64,000 nt of DNA from Octopus sinensis (taxonomy: Eukaryota). A model generated the notes under the pieces. The model had not been told where the DNA came from and did not search any database. It worked only from the letters and a program-made list of their open reading frames with translations. The stretch lies in NCBI RefSeq assembly GCF_006345805.1, contig NC_043016.1:23064001-23128000 (forward strand). Reading direction: 5' to 3'. The translations under genes and the position numbers were made by a program. Numbering within the stretch: position 1 is the first letter of the stretch; every line of letters starts with the position of its first letter. Positions 1 through 11,086 of the stretch are shown here, piece by piece.

Positions 1-94
1 TAATTTTTCATTTTACCGAGTGAAAACGAAAAACAATTTTTGGTCGGTCCTCGTTCAGGTATTGACAATATATACAGCTTACATTGCACAACTG

Positions 95-240
95 CACGTG
101 CGTCTGCATTAAAATTCACGTGCGTGCATATTAAAATTTATATTATACATAACATTAATGTTTATCATATATATATAGATACACACACACACAAGTTTCT
201 ATATTTACATTATATTTTAACACCAAGAAGGGTCCACGTG
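95..240. promoter_or_regulatory. Cluster of three canonical E-boxes (CACGTG) in the PRPS intron after the first coding segment
   Basis: CACGTG at 95-100, 117-122 and 235-240. Confidence 0.55.
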
Positions 241-298
241 TCGTCCCAAAACAAAGAAAAAATATATACTGTAAAAATATAAATAGAACACGACATAC

Positions 299-420
299 CA
301 AGTTTCTCCATTGCTGAATTTCGTTGTGACAACCTTTCCTTTATCAATACCGAGTCGGTCGCAGACTTTCCTGGTTAGATCGGAATGCGAAGTTCCGCTG
401 AAGACTTTGATATTCGGCAT
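299..420 (-). CDS. PRPS1: Ribose-phosphate pyrophosphokinase (PRPS1/2 family), first coding segment; rest of gene lies left of the window
   Basis: Translation [40 protein letters not shown](C) matches the PRPS N-terminus (human, from memory: [41 protein letters not shown]). ATG at 420 has A at -3. A phase-2 donor TG|GTATGT (intron starts at 298) gives 122 coding nt, the same intron position I recall for human PRPS1 exon 1. An in-frame upstream ATG at 483 could add 21 aa. Confidence 0.95.
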
Positions 421-549
421 GTTTCGAATTTCGGAACCACTGCTGGATGATTTCCTGTCTTTTAGTTTAGACGTGCCCGGCATCTAATTTCAGCCTCTTC
501 TGAATGGGTTCGTAGCTTAACAGTTCCCCCCGAACAGAAGCGCTGTCTC

Positions 550-640
550 CTGTATAAAGAGAACAAATAAAGTAATACAAGTGTGTATGTATGTATGTAT
601 AACTACACACACATATGTTTATACGATATTTTACACTTAC
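550..640 (-). other. Probable 91-nt intron in the PRPS 5'UTR
   Basis: Minus strand: donor TAT|GTAAGT at 640 and acceptor TACTTTATTTGTTCTCTTTATACAG| ending at 550. The AT-rich, (TACA)n-containing interior sits between GC-richer flanks. Confidence 0.7.
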
Positions 641-900
641 ATACACAGGCCTAGTGGTGGCGGGAGACTTCGAAAGAGAGAGAAGCTTATTGGTAGATAA
701 ATAATAAAGCGCGAAAACCATTCAGAAAAGAAGAAAGAAGTCGTTATTCATCAAGTGAACGCGGAGAAGATGATTTTAACGTTTCGCAACGCTAAAAATA
801 GCAGCAAAACTTTTTAATATATTAATATAAGTTCATGAAACCCGTAAAAGACGGAATGGTCTGAATCGGTATGCCTTTGATTAAAAGATCAGCTACATAA
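641..900 (-). promoter_or_regulatory. PRPS non-coding first exon and promoter (CpG-retaining)
   Basis: CpG dinucleotides are retained. E2F-like TTTCGCGC (709-716, minus) and GGCGGGAG (659-666), CCAAT box (ATTGG 689-693), pyrimidine tract CTTCTCTCTCTTTC (672-685, minus). Confidence 0.6.
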
Positions 901-1099
901 CTGAACAGGTTCGAAGACCGATGCAATTAAAATCTTGATTTTATTAGTTGCGACTGGAAAAAAAAATTATATCATGTGAAATATTGATTTTTTTAAAACA
1001 TTTTTTTCTTGCCGAAGCCTAAGTAGTCCGAAACCAGATGAAGATATATTTTTTTTTTTTTAATGTGTAAAATTATACATAAGTAATAAGAGACATTCT

Positions 1100-1350
1100 T
1101 AGTGGGGGTAGAGGTAGTGTGGCGAATTATATAGTTTAATCTGTGGTAATATGAGACGTTTGAGGACAGCCGGACTGGCAATAACATTATTTCTGTCATC
1201 ACTGACATCTCACCTCGCCGAAATATAATTATCAGACGACGATCGAGAGGTTGCTTGGTTTCTTTAAGCAACGGCGCGACCTCGCCATCACTCGCTATGA
1301 TTCTGTGAGCATTTTTTTAGGGGTACTTTTTTAGAGGCGATAAAATACAC
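1100..1350 (+). mobile_element. Merlin (ISXO2/IS1016-like) DDE transposase remnant, C-terminal part
   Basis: Frame from 1233 reads QTTIERLLGFFKQRRDLAITRYDSVSIFLGVLF*RR, resembling the Merlin C-terminal motif TQTIERLW...KR...YL.EF.WRR. It contains stops and frameshifts. Confidence 0.5.
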
Positions 1351-1436
1351 TTTTTACTAGTAATTTGTGAGTAATTCAGAAATATGGTTCGTTTTATATA
1401 TATATAATTCGCATATTATTATTATTACCTGTAGGA

Positions 1437-2572
1437 CAGAGGTAAAGATCATGGACCGCACCCCCTTTGAGATTTTTCTTTGTTTTTTTTTTTACTTTTT
1501 ACAGGAATGCACTATATCGAGGGTGGAGATTCCAAATCTGCAATTCAAAATTTACCCATCCACCCACCCACATTTCAATTTCTTAAATTTTCACTTAAAA
1601 AAAAATAAATTGTGGGGCGAAATACGTAGAAAAATACAGAAATTTATGATTCTGAAAAAAAAATTGTAAAATTTCAAGTTTTCAAAAAAATGGATAATAA
1701 ATAAAATTTTTAACCCCCCCCCCCGTCCTATGACAAGAAGTGAAATTAAAGTGTTTTCTCTACTGATGTTTCACGCATGCACAGAATTATAAAATAGCAG
1801 ACGCAAAAAGTATCTAAACAGAAGCACGTTTTCGAAATTTTAATACGAATTATCAAAGAAGAAAAAATTTCAAAACTTTACCCCCCCCCCACGCCAATTT
1901 CTTCATTTTACACCTATTTTAGAAATATTTTTGGGCGAAATACGTAAAAAAAATACGGAGATTATAAGTCTAAAAAAATTGTTTGTGAAATTTCAATTTT
2001 TCAAAAAAAAAAAAAAAAACACCACTCCCCTCCACTCTCACAGAAAGTGAAATTTCCCCCCACTCTCTTTTTTTCTTTGCCAGAGGGGCAAAGAATGAAA
2101 ACGTATTTTGCGGGTTTTCAAAATCTTTAATTTTTAAATATGCCCAAACTGGAAGTCTGACAAGCTAAACACAACGGCCAAAGTGAGGATCAAATTTCTA
2201 AATATCTCTCTTAATTCCAAAAGACCCTAAACCACAACATGTTGGGTTATGTTTGTCAAGAAACATTAGTAGAGAAGACACTTTAATGTCAACTTCTTGT
2301 CATAGGGCGGAGGGGAGGTGTTTTTTTTGAAAAATTTAAATTCTACAAATTTTTTTTCAGCATCATAATCTCCGTATTTTTCCACGTATTCCACAAAAAA
2401 AAAAACATTCTTTAGAAAAGTGAAAATTTAAGAAATGAAGCGAAGCGGGTGGGAATTAAAATTCTGAAATGCTCTTTTTTTTTTTTTTTTTTGCAGATTC
2501 GGAATTTACAGTGTGTTCCTGTAAAACAAAAAACAAAAAAAAAATCCCAAAGGTCCTTGATCTTTACCTCTG
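1437..2572. mobile_element. Foldback/MITE-like element with long imperfect terminal inverted repeats and an internal tandem duplication
   Basis: CAGAGGTAAAGATCATGGACC (1437) is the reverse complement of GGTCCTTGATCTTTACCTCTG (to 2572), and the inverted similarity continues about 250 bp inward. The block GGGCGAAATACGTA...TTTTCAAAAAAA occurs at both about 1615 and about 1933. Confidence 0.7.
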
Positions 2573-3002
2573 CCACCTTTAGTATACAGAGTGTCTAGTG
2601 CAAAATAATCAATATCAAAGAGGAGCAATTTCACCGTCATGCACACTCAGTAATTTTTTTTATTGATGAGACTAATTATGTTGTTCAGCCCCATGTCAAT
2701 GTTCATAGACGCATAACGAAAGGAGTTCCAGCTGTGACCATTTATCTTTGGTATTTGTGATTGCATTATCCTTTTCTTTTTTTTCTATTTTTAAGATAAC
2801 TGGGTGCGATTTGATTAGGTTTGGCTGTTTATTTCTGAAATGTTGAACATCCATGTCGAGGTTGCCATCAGGTACGATCAGACCATCTATTTTATTTATA
2901 TGGACATGGCTGTGGTTCACTCCGCAACTACATGGTTTGGGATTCAGTCCCAATTCGTGTGCCAACCAATGCTTTGGGAATGAATTTAGAAGATAGAAAC
3001 TT

Positions 3003-3240
3003 TAAGGCAGCGAGCTGGCAGAAACGTTAGCATGCCAGGCGAAATGCTTAGCGGTATTTTGTCTGCCGTTACGTTCTGAGTTCAAATTCTGCCGAGGTCG
3101 ACTTTGCCTTTCATCCTTTCAGGGTTGATAAATTAGGTACCAGTTACACACTGGGGTAAATGTAATCAACTTAATCCCTTTGTCTGATCTTGTTTGTCCC
3201 CTCTATGTTTAGTCCCTTGTGGGCAATAAAGAAATAAGAA
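3003..3240 (+). mobile_element. SINE family B (tRNA-like head plus conserved CCTTTCATCCTTTCGGGGTCGATAAA core), full length
   Basis: Head GGCAGCGAGCTGGCAGAA...GAGTTCAAATTC, core GTCGACTTTGCCTTTCATCCTTTC, tail AATAAAGAAATAAG. More than 12 related copies occur in the window (about 6690, 18860, 20750, 21640, 39160, 39400, 52150, 54900, 58630, 63600). Confidence 0.85.
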
Positions 3241-3409
3241 ACTTTGGAAGCCTGTCATATTTGTGCGTACCTTTGTCTTTTACTGCAACTTGTATCTGTT
3301 TATTTACATCCCCAGCAAAAAATTACCTGACTTAAAATTAGTACTAGGGTTGATTACATCTTACAAGGCTGTACCCCAGTATGGAGTATCCAGAACTATT
3401 ATTATTATT

Positions 3410-6400
3410 TCATTTTTCATGTACGCATAACAGATTAGACTGTTGGAAAAAATTCCTAACATTGCTCTACAACAAGTAACCTTAGATGTCAAGATCTTTC
3501 CTAAGTATCCGAGTAATATCCTTAGTAGTACTGTTTTCTGCAGTTGTACTAAAGTAGGTTTTATGCCTATTTCCTCAATCCATCTGTTCAAATCTTTAGG
3601 AATAGTTCCTAATACACTGATAAGTACAGAGATGCATTTCATCTGCACTTTCCATAGTCTCTGTAACTCAATGGCTATGTTCTGGTACTTTACTACTTTC
3701 TCTGTACCTCTCATATTGACTGAGAACTATAAAATCATTTGGTACTGTAAAATCAATTATCTGGCACTTTTTATTTTCGTTGTCTACTACTACTAAAAAA
3801 GGCCTTCTCTCTTCTAGACTGAATGTTAAAATTCCACATCTTATACTTCTTACTTTCAAACAATTTACTAGGTTAATGTTCATATCATTTATGAATTCGG
3901 TCAAATCCTAACTTTCTTCATAAATCCCAGTGGATTATTTTCCCTAGGTTGTCATGTCTTTTCTTGTATTCTTTCTGTGCTAGCATACTAACTTCTTGTG
4001 GAGAAAAGTGTTACTATGAGAGTAACACTTTCTTCCTTTGATTTAAAAACCTACACTGAGAATCTACATATTTTTGTCTATCTCAGCTTTTAGTCAATTA
4101 GTCCTCAATGCCTGATCTTGTGATGATTACTAACAAACTTTCTGTCTCATTTTTCAGCCTTCCTTTCTGAAACCACAACCATGTCTCACTATTTTCTGCC
4201 ACCATCTTTGCAAATTTACCATCTAAAGCCTTCTCTTGCCAGTCAAATAATTTTGTTTCTTTTTTCTGGGTTTTTTTTTTTTCAACTTCATTTATCTTTT
4301 TGATTTCCCTATCACCTTCAATTACTCTAGCAAACCCTTGTTAAAATTTCCTCACTATTACCTACATAGGAAGCTATATCTACTCTAGCTAACTCCACAC
4401 AGTCTTCTACTGATAATAAATCTCTACCACCTTCCTTTCTGGGTAAATATAGTCTTGCTACTCCTACTCTTGGATGAAGTCCTCCATTCATATTGAATTC
4501 CCTCCTAGTTTTTCAGTCTAGGTTTGCTAATTTATATTTTGTCCAATCTACAAAGGTTGATGAATATCTGCCAATTGTTTACAGCCTTCACCAGATTCAT
4601 ACTTCATTAACTTCATCACCCTTCTGGTGTACTCCTTCTCAATTTTCACATTCATTTCTATAGTTAGTAGTCTATCAGATTCTAATACTCCTAGACACAT
4701 AGCTTTCTCCTTCTTTCAGTGATTTTAATGTTTGGCCATTTGGTAATTGAATATCTTCACTGCTGATTACCTGTCCCTCTTTTATGACTAATATTGTGGA
4801 CTTATCTCTGTCAATTCCATGCCTATATCTTTATTGAAGAGTCTTACAGTTTGTATTAAGGAACCTATCTCTTTTTTACTCTTATTAAAAAGCTTCAAAT
4901 CATCCATGTAGAACAAATGGTTAAATTTTTTGCTTTACTATTTCTAGATTGATACCCTGCATTTGCCTTTCTTAATACTAAACTGAAGGGGATTAAACAT
5001 AACACAAATATTTGATTTCAAATTTTGGTACAAAGCCAGCAATTTCAGGGAAGAGGATAAGTTGATTACATCAGCCTCAGTTATAAACTGGTACTTATTT
5101 TATTGACCCTGAAAGGATGAAAGGTAAAGTTGACCTCAGCAGAATATGAACTCAGAACGTGAAGAAGGATGAAATGCTGTTTAGCATTTTGCCCAGCATG
5201 CTAATGATTCTATCAGCTAGCCACCTTCACATAACACAAATATCAATGGGAATAATGAGTCTCCTCTTGATTTTAACTTACCCTAAGGCTGTATCACCTG
5301 AGTAGAGATCTAAATTTCATTTCTTTCAAGACTGCTTTGTCTATGTATAATAGATCATGTGTTTCTCTAACCTTCTCCCAGCAACCTTTCTGTTCTTCTG
5401 GAAGTAAATTCTGGCTTTCAGCATTCCTGACTAATGACAAGCAAGTAATTGGTCTATAATTACTAGCTATATTGCCCTTACTTTTGTCTTTCATAAGGAG
5501 TTCTGTTCATCCTCTAGTTATTACTCCTCCATTCAGTTAGGAATTACTCCTCCATTCAGGCAATCCTGAAGTTGTTCCCTCAGTCTCCCATGTAAGCTAT
5601 TAAATTTTTTTAGCCAGTACCCTTGAACTAAATCTGGTTCTGGATCCTTCCAATTTGGTATTCTTCCTAACACATAACTTAATAATGCACTAGTTAGTTT
5701 TAGATCTGACTGCTTCTCACTAACTATTTCTTCCTTTGCTTTCTTTAACCATGATGCATCTCCATTATGATCCAAAATATACTTCAGAACTTTCTAGCTA
5801 TTTCTTCTGCATTAGGCTTCCCATCTTCAGTAGTTTCTTCTACACTATTTATTTAATGCTGTTTGAGACAGACTAGAGGAGATTTCTCTAGTCTGTCTCA
5901 AACAATCTGTTCTGTTTATACTGATTTATTCTTTTTTGATATCTGGAAAGCTTGCCTACTATTGCTATGATATGCTGTTTCAGCTCTTCAATGACTATCT
6001 CAAATCCTTTCTCTTTGACTAAGTATTTTTTCTCAGGGGAAGATTTAAATCTTGTGTTACTTAACTTGTCCTGTATCCAGGCTTTTAATCTACTCAGATC
6101 TTGTCTTTACTTATTTTCTAATCTTTTCCACATCAGCTCCTTCCTACTCTTTTCTTGGGGAATACCTAGTCTCTCCTGCATAAATCAATAAATTAGTGTC
6201 ACCTGTATTTTTTAGTATCTATCTTACTGATAACAGCCTCTACTTTCCTAGTAATATTTAGCAACTTCCTTCTATTAACACATTTTAATGCTGGTTATCT
6301 TTTTTCTTTCTTCTTTACTCATTCTTCTTTCAACTCATCTAAAATCTGATGATCTTCCTTGCTTAAGTCACCGGCTTTAATTTTCCCTTCCGGATTGATA

Positions 6401-6647
6401 GTGCTATTATTTATTGTTGTAGGCTCTTCTTTGGCTTCAACTGCATCACTTATGTTGTTTGACTGTTCTACTTCTTGATCTCCCTTTTTTAGTTTTCTTG
6501 TGATCTCTTCTACTGCTAATTCTGTCATCCACTTTTTTCTCCTAATAGCATTAGCCTGGTCCACTAGCCTCTGCTGTTACTTCAAACATCCCCTTTTTTA
6601 CCCAAAGTGTTAACATATACTTTCTGTAACCCCTTACTTTGGGTTCA
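3410..6647 (-). mobile_element. R4/Dong-clade non-LTR retrotransposon with restriction-like endonuclease, 5'-truncated and decayed
   Basis: Fragments CQIIDFTVPND, EKVVKYQNIAIELQRLWKVQMKCISVLISVLGTIPKDL...LQKTVLL (RLE domain), SNYRPITCL...LLPEEQKGC and IPNWKDPEPDLVQGYWLKKF. It is bounded by (TAA)n runs at 3397-3408 and 6648-6662. Confidence 0.85.
5012..5228 (-). mobile_element. SINE family B inserted into the Dong element with a 15-bp TSD
   Basis: ACATAACACAAATAT is duplicated at 4997-5011 and 5229-5243. Confidence 0.85.
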
Positions 6648-7859
6648 TATTATTATTATTATGCTTAGAGATATTTTGTTGCTCTTTATGTTCTGACTTC
6701 AAATCCTGCCAAGGTTGACTTTGCCTTTCATCCTCTCAAAGTTGATAAAATAAATACCAGTTGATGTAATCGACTTCCCACTCCTTCAGAATTGCTGGCC
6801 CTGTACCTTTAGAAGAAAGAATTGTAATTCAAGGTGTCTTACCTTTATTAAAACCAGTGTAAGATTTGAGGTTGCTATCGCAATCAAAGTAACCATGAAG
6901 ATTTGATGGTTGGGGTACTTAAAAATAAGTTATCTCAAATTTTACGAATCTACATGAATACAACTTAAGTTACAATTTTTGGTTTGAGTGTTTAATCTGC
7001 TTATTATATAAATTATTTTTTTTAATGAGCTTTCAGAGTCTTAAAAAATGCAGAGATGGTTTGGGTTAGAATTTGAATGCAGGTGAAGGATTCTCCCACC
7101 CCTGATGAAAGATGAAGTCAGTTAACATGCGGGTTTTCTGTCGTAACATAGTGAAAGTAAATAGTCCTTAAAAAAATGAAAATATATATTGCAATAGAAA
7201 CAAGAAGTGATGACAATGACATGCCAAAATTTCATAAAACATGTTTGTTATTTAGAAAGTCCTGCAGCTGCAATTTGACCGTGATTGGATTAAGTTATAG
7301 TTTCGGAGTAGTGGTTAAAAAAGAATAAATAAATTTACCTTAAAAGTATTCGAAGCATATATCTTCACTTTTGATTGGGAAATTAAAGGTCATTGCATGA
7401 AAATGTTTAATATTTCCAGTGATAAATTAACTTTTCTGACAATAAAAAAATATTCTGTTGGCTCTATTGTAAAATATTTGGGCTAAATTTAAGTACAAAG
7501 CCAGGCCAGTAATTTTGTGAGGAAGCTATTAGTCGACCTCAATATACAGCAGGCACTTCTTTTAATCAACCCCGTAAAAGATACATGGTGAAGATGGCTA
7601 CAACTGGATTTCAATAATGTAAGCTTCTTTAAATTTTAAGTAATGTGGGTAGTTAAAATTATGACATCACGTCTCACTTTATTGCAATGTTTTCAATCTA
7701 AAGAGTAATCAACCACACGAACATGTTTTCATATGGAATGACACTAAAAATAAAAATTTGAAGCAAGATCATTCAACATTGTGCTGAAATGTTTATGAGA
7801 CTTTTTTTACTATTTATCTGAAAACAGTCTCAATTGTCATTAAAAAGTGAAGGTAAATT

Positions 7860-8125
7860 GTCCTAAAAAAATATGGAAGTGACGACAGTCATACACCAGA
7901 ATTTGGTAAAAAAGACCTTAAAGAACCCCCACCCCCACCCTGGATAGCGCACTTAAAACAATTATAAAGCACTGAATATATAACCACAAACACGGTTGGT
8001 ATCCGATGGGTGCACTTCATATGTAGGTGTTGACAGCTTCTATACTCATGATGTTGACAACCATTCCCTTGCTTTTGTTGAGCCAAACAATAACAGTATC
8101 CAAACACTGACTGTAGAAAGATGAT
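7860..8125 (+). mobile_element. Merlin (ISXO2-like) transposase remnant, catalytic core
   Basis: Frameshifted translation gives EV/DDS...FGKK, LKTIIKH*I and TRLVSDGCTSYVGVDSFYTHDVDNHSLAFVEP, matching Merlin motifs VEIDES.FG.RK and IVSD.W.AY...Y.H.TVNHS..FV.P. Confidence 0.65.
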
Positions 8126-8364
8126 GGGTTCTCAACAAGAAACCTAGGTGACAATATGAGACCAGTAATAAAAGTAAATTTTACATTGTTACTTTCAGTT
8201 CTTTTTTAGAACAATTTACTTTCTCTTTTTTATGTGGGTAAACTGCATGTTAACCCTCAAATGTCACAACAAACAGCTGCTTAAATGCATACATATATTT
8301 CATTCGTATTTATAGCATGTAGAAGTATTTTGTTTTTCACTTATTACAATTAGGGTATCAAGAA

Positions 8365-8536
8365 AGGCACAGGAGTGGTTGTGTGGTAAGTAGCTTGCTA
8401 ACCAACCACATGGTTCCGGGTTCAGTCCCACTGCGTGGCATCTTGGGCAAGTGTCTTCTGCTATAGCCCCGGGCCAACCAATGCCTTGTGAGTGGATTTG
8501 GCAGACAGAAACTGAAAGAAGCCTGTCGTATATATG

Positions 8537-8567
<31 letters not shown>

Positions 8568-8778
8568 ATGTTTGTGTTTGTCCCCCTAGCATTGCTTGAC
8601 AACCGATGCTGGTGTGTTTACGTCCCCGTCACTTAGCGGTTCGGCAAAAGAGACCAATAGAATAAGTACTGGGCTTACAAAGAATAAGTCCCGGGGTTGA
8701 TTTGCTCAACTAAAGGCGGTGCTCCAGCATGGCCGCAGTCAAATGACTGAAACAAGTAAAAGAGTAAAAGAGAGAGTA
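8365..8778 (+). mobile_element. SINE family A (tRNA head, CORE-like CCTTGGGCAAG block, internal (TA)n(TG)n, (AAAAGAGT)n tail), full length
   Basis: A-box-like TGGTTGTGTGG, B-box-like GGTTCAGTCCC and tail GAAACAAGTAAAAGAGTAAAAGAG. It resembles tRNA-derived Octopus SINEs, but the family name is not verified. Confidence 0.9.
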
Positions 8779-9022
8779 AGAAAGCCAATGATGTTTAGGG
8801 AGCTCTACAAATGACTTTGGATTAGAGTTAAGAGAGCTACAAATGAATTACCTGTATGATTTTGAACTGGAACATGAAATTTGAAAGCCTTTACAATTTT
8901 ATTGGAGTTACTTCTATATTTTTAAATACAATTTAAAGTCAAGAACACAAGTTTATTTTCAGTAATTTATTGTAAATATTTTAGAATCGCATTAGCATAA
9001 TCAAAATTCCAAATTACAAATC

Positions 9023-9530
9023 TACCATAAATCCTTGAGTATAATCAGCATTTTTTTCCAAAAATTTTAAAGGTCAAAATCCCTAGTGCATACTATATAC
9101 GAGGTTAAAAATGAAAAATATTTCCTAAGCAATGTTTGAGTCTCTATTTGCTGTCCGGCAATGTTTATTCAGACACATTTTGTGATATTGGGTGCGAAAA
9201 TACCTTAAGCTAAGCCTGAAAACAATGAAGTCATAAAAGAATCATCCATAACTTGCAGTAAGAAACATTTATTAAACATTATTACTGTTATTTCTTTATT
9301 TTCTGCAAACAAAATGCACAAAAAAGCTACACGTTTGCATTATGTTATATATACAATAATAATAAAGGATGTTACCGTATACAAACCAAGGACGTTATGT
9401 AGACCTCCTTGACTCATGTTAGAGAAGGGGTGCGTATTATACACAAGGTTTAGGTTTTCAGAGGTACAGCCCCCTAAAAATCCCCTGCGTATTATACTCA
9501 AGGGCGGACTATACTCGAGGATTTACGGTA
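9023..9530. mobile_element. Non-autonomous Tc1/mariner-pogo-type MITE
   Basis: Termini TACCATAAATCCTTGAGTATA and CTATACTCGAGGATTTACGGTA are inverted repeats with TA at both ends. Confidence 0.75.
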
Positions 9531-10760
9531 ATCAAAATTTCAAATAACAAATCTATTTCTATCTGGGACAGCATAGATAAATTGACCTAAATACAACACT
9601 TCCTAATTAGCTTGCTTGTATATATTGCATGCACATCTGCCTCCTTTTATTTGATTCTTGTTATTTAGCTCTGAATCAACCCTCGTCAAACAGACCTCTA
9701 TGTAGGAAGGTTTCAACAATGATCAACCTATCTTCTTTATTATTTTTTCCTTTCATACATTTAAAACAAGACTGTAATTATAGAGAGACTTCATTGTTAT
9801 TTCTTGCAGATTGAACAACCACACAGAAAGACTGGGGAATCTCAGAGGCCTTATTTGGCATATAGGATCTGGGTCTTATGATTGAGCCTATTTTTGAGGG
9901 GTGAGGATGCACCACTGACCTGTTTATTACATACATAGTGCAAAAACATTCTGCAGATTGGGACAGTCAATAAAATTTTAAATTTATTCTCTCTGTGACT
10001 AGAACATATGAGGAAAAACAGGTGTTTGTTCCAAGACCCCAATTTGTTCCCCTAACTTACCCAAATAACAACTCCAAACTGTTTCCAAACACACATAATG
10101 ATATTGCATTACGGTTGGAATAATATTTAGAGTAAAATTTAAAACATATGATCAGTAAATAATAAAAAAAATAACTGAAAATATCATAAGCACAATCTTT
10201 GATTGCTGAATCATGTTATGAGAGATCAATTAGTAATGAGCAACAATATGGTTCACAACTGAATGTACCTTGTCATCCTGTATCAGTGATGAATGAATTA
10301 ATAATAAAAGAGGATACATGTTGTGTTGTTTGGTCAGAATCAGTAGTGACTCCATCGAATTGCTTTTGAGAAACAATGTCAGTGACACAAGAAATCTTGA
10401 ATATATCTCAAAAATAACTTTGTGGGGTCATTTGTGTAACATAATGTAAAACTAGGTGTTCATTGCAAGTCACTATGGCTTAGTAAAAAGTTAGCATAGC
10501 TTCAGTTAACTCTTTAAGATGCCTATATCATTGCAGATAGATATTGACATCTTGGCTCTCAAACGTTTGTGAGTACTCGGTTAGTACTCATAACTGTTAA
10601 GTAGACTGGAAGCACATGAAATGAAGTACCTCGCTCAAGGACACAATGCAGTGACTGACCTAGGAATTAAACCCACAACTTTATGATCATGAGCTAAACA
10701 GCCCTGAGTGTTAGGCCATGTACCTTCACAGTTACTACTATACTGGATCGCTAATACTTT

Positions 10761-10800
<40 letters not shown>

Positions 10801-10829
10801 ACAAAAAAAAAAAACCAACACTTAATCAG

Positions 10830-11068
10830 TTACGATGATGAATGTTTCAGTTGATACCTGCTGGTGAAATTAATGTGCAAGTGGCTGAGCACTCCGTAGA
10901 GACGCATACACTTTACATAGTTCCCAGGGAGTTCCAGCTGGACACAGAATGTGACAAGACTGACCCTTTGAATTAAAGATATAACTCCATTTTTGCCAGC
11001 TGAATGGACTGGAGCAATGTGAAATAAACGACAGAATGTGTGGCCGAGAATCAAACTCACAACCTTAT
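10830..11068 (-). mobile_element. Third tRNA-headed SINE family (family D); its head is interrupted by the SINE B tetramer and resumes at about 11857
   Basis: B-box-like GAATCAAACTC near 11050 and (ATC)n-type tail at 10832. A related fragment lies at 10560-10730. Confidence 0.55.
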
Positions 11069-11086
11069 GATCATGACCCAAATACC

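Noticed and set aside
40-721. ORFs 40-282 (+) and 467-721 (-), and the C-terminal tail of ORF 217-483
   Set aside because: They are intronic or UTR read-through; the real PRPS frame leaves at the 298 donor.
3003-3110. tRNA genes suggested by A/B-box-like motifs in SINE heads
   Set aside because: No cloverleaf or acceptor stem; they are SINE promoters. No true tRNA or rRNA gene was seen in the window.
9810-9900. Plus-strand exon with strong acceptor and GTGAGG donor (ATG...MIEPIFEG), and similar candidates at about 2800-2876, 17205-17250 and 57414-57497
   Set aside because: No recognisable protein and no consistent phase chain; such signals arise by chance in 60 kb.
10200-10450. Possible old hAT transposase trace (FDGVTTDSD) on the minus strand; a similar weak trace lies at 46000-46260
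   Set aside because: Only one short motif with several stops; too weak to call.
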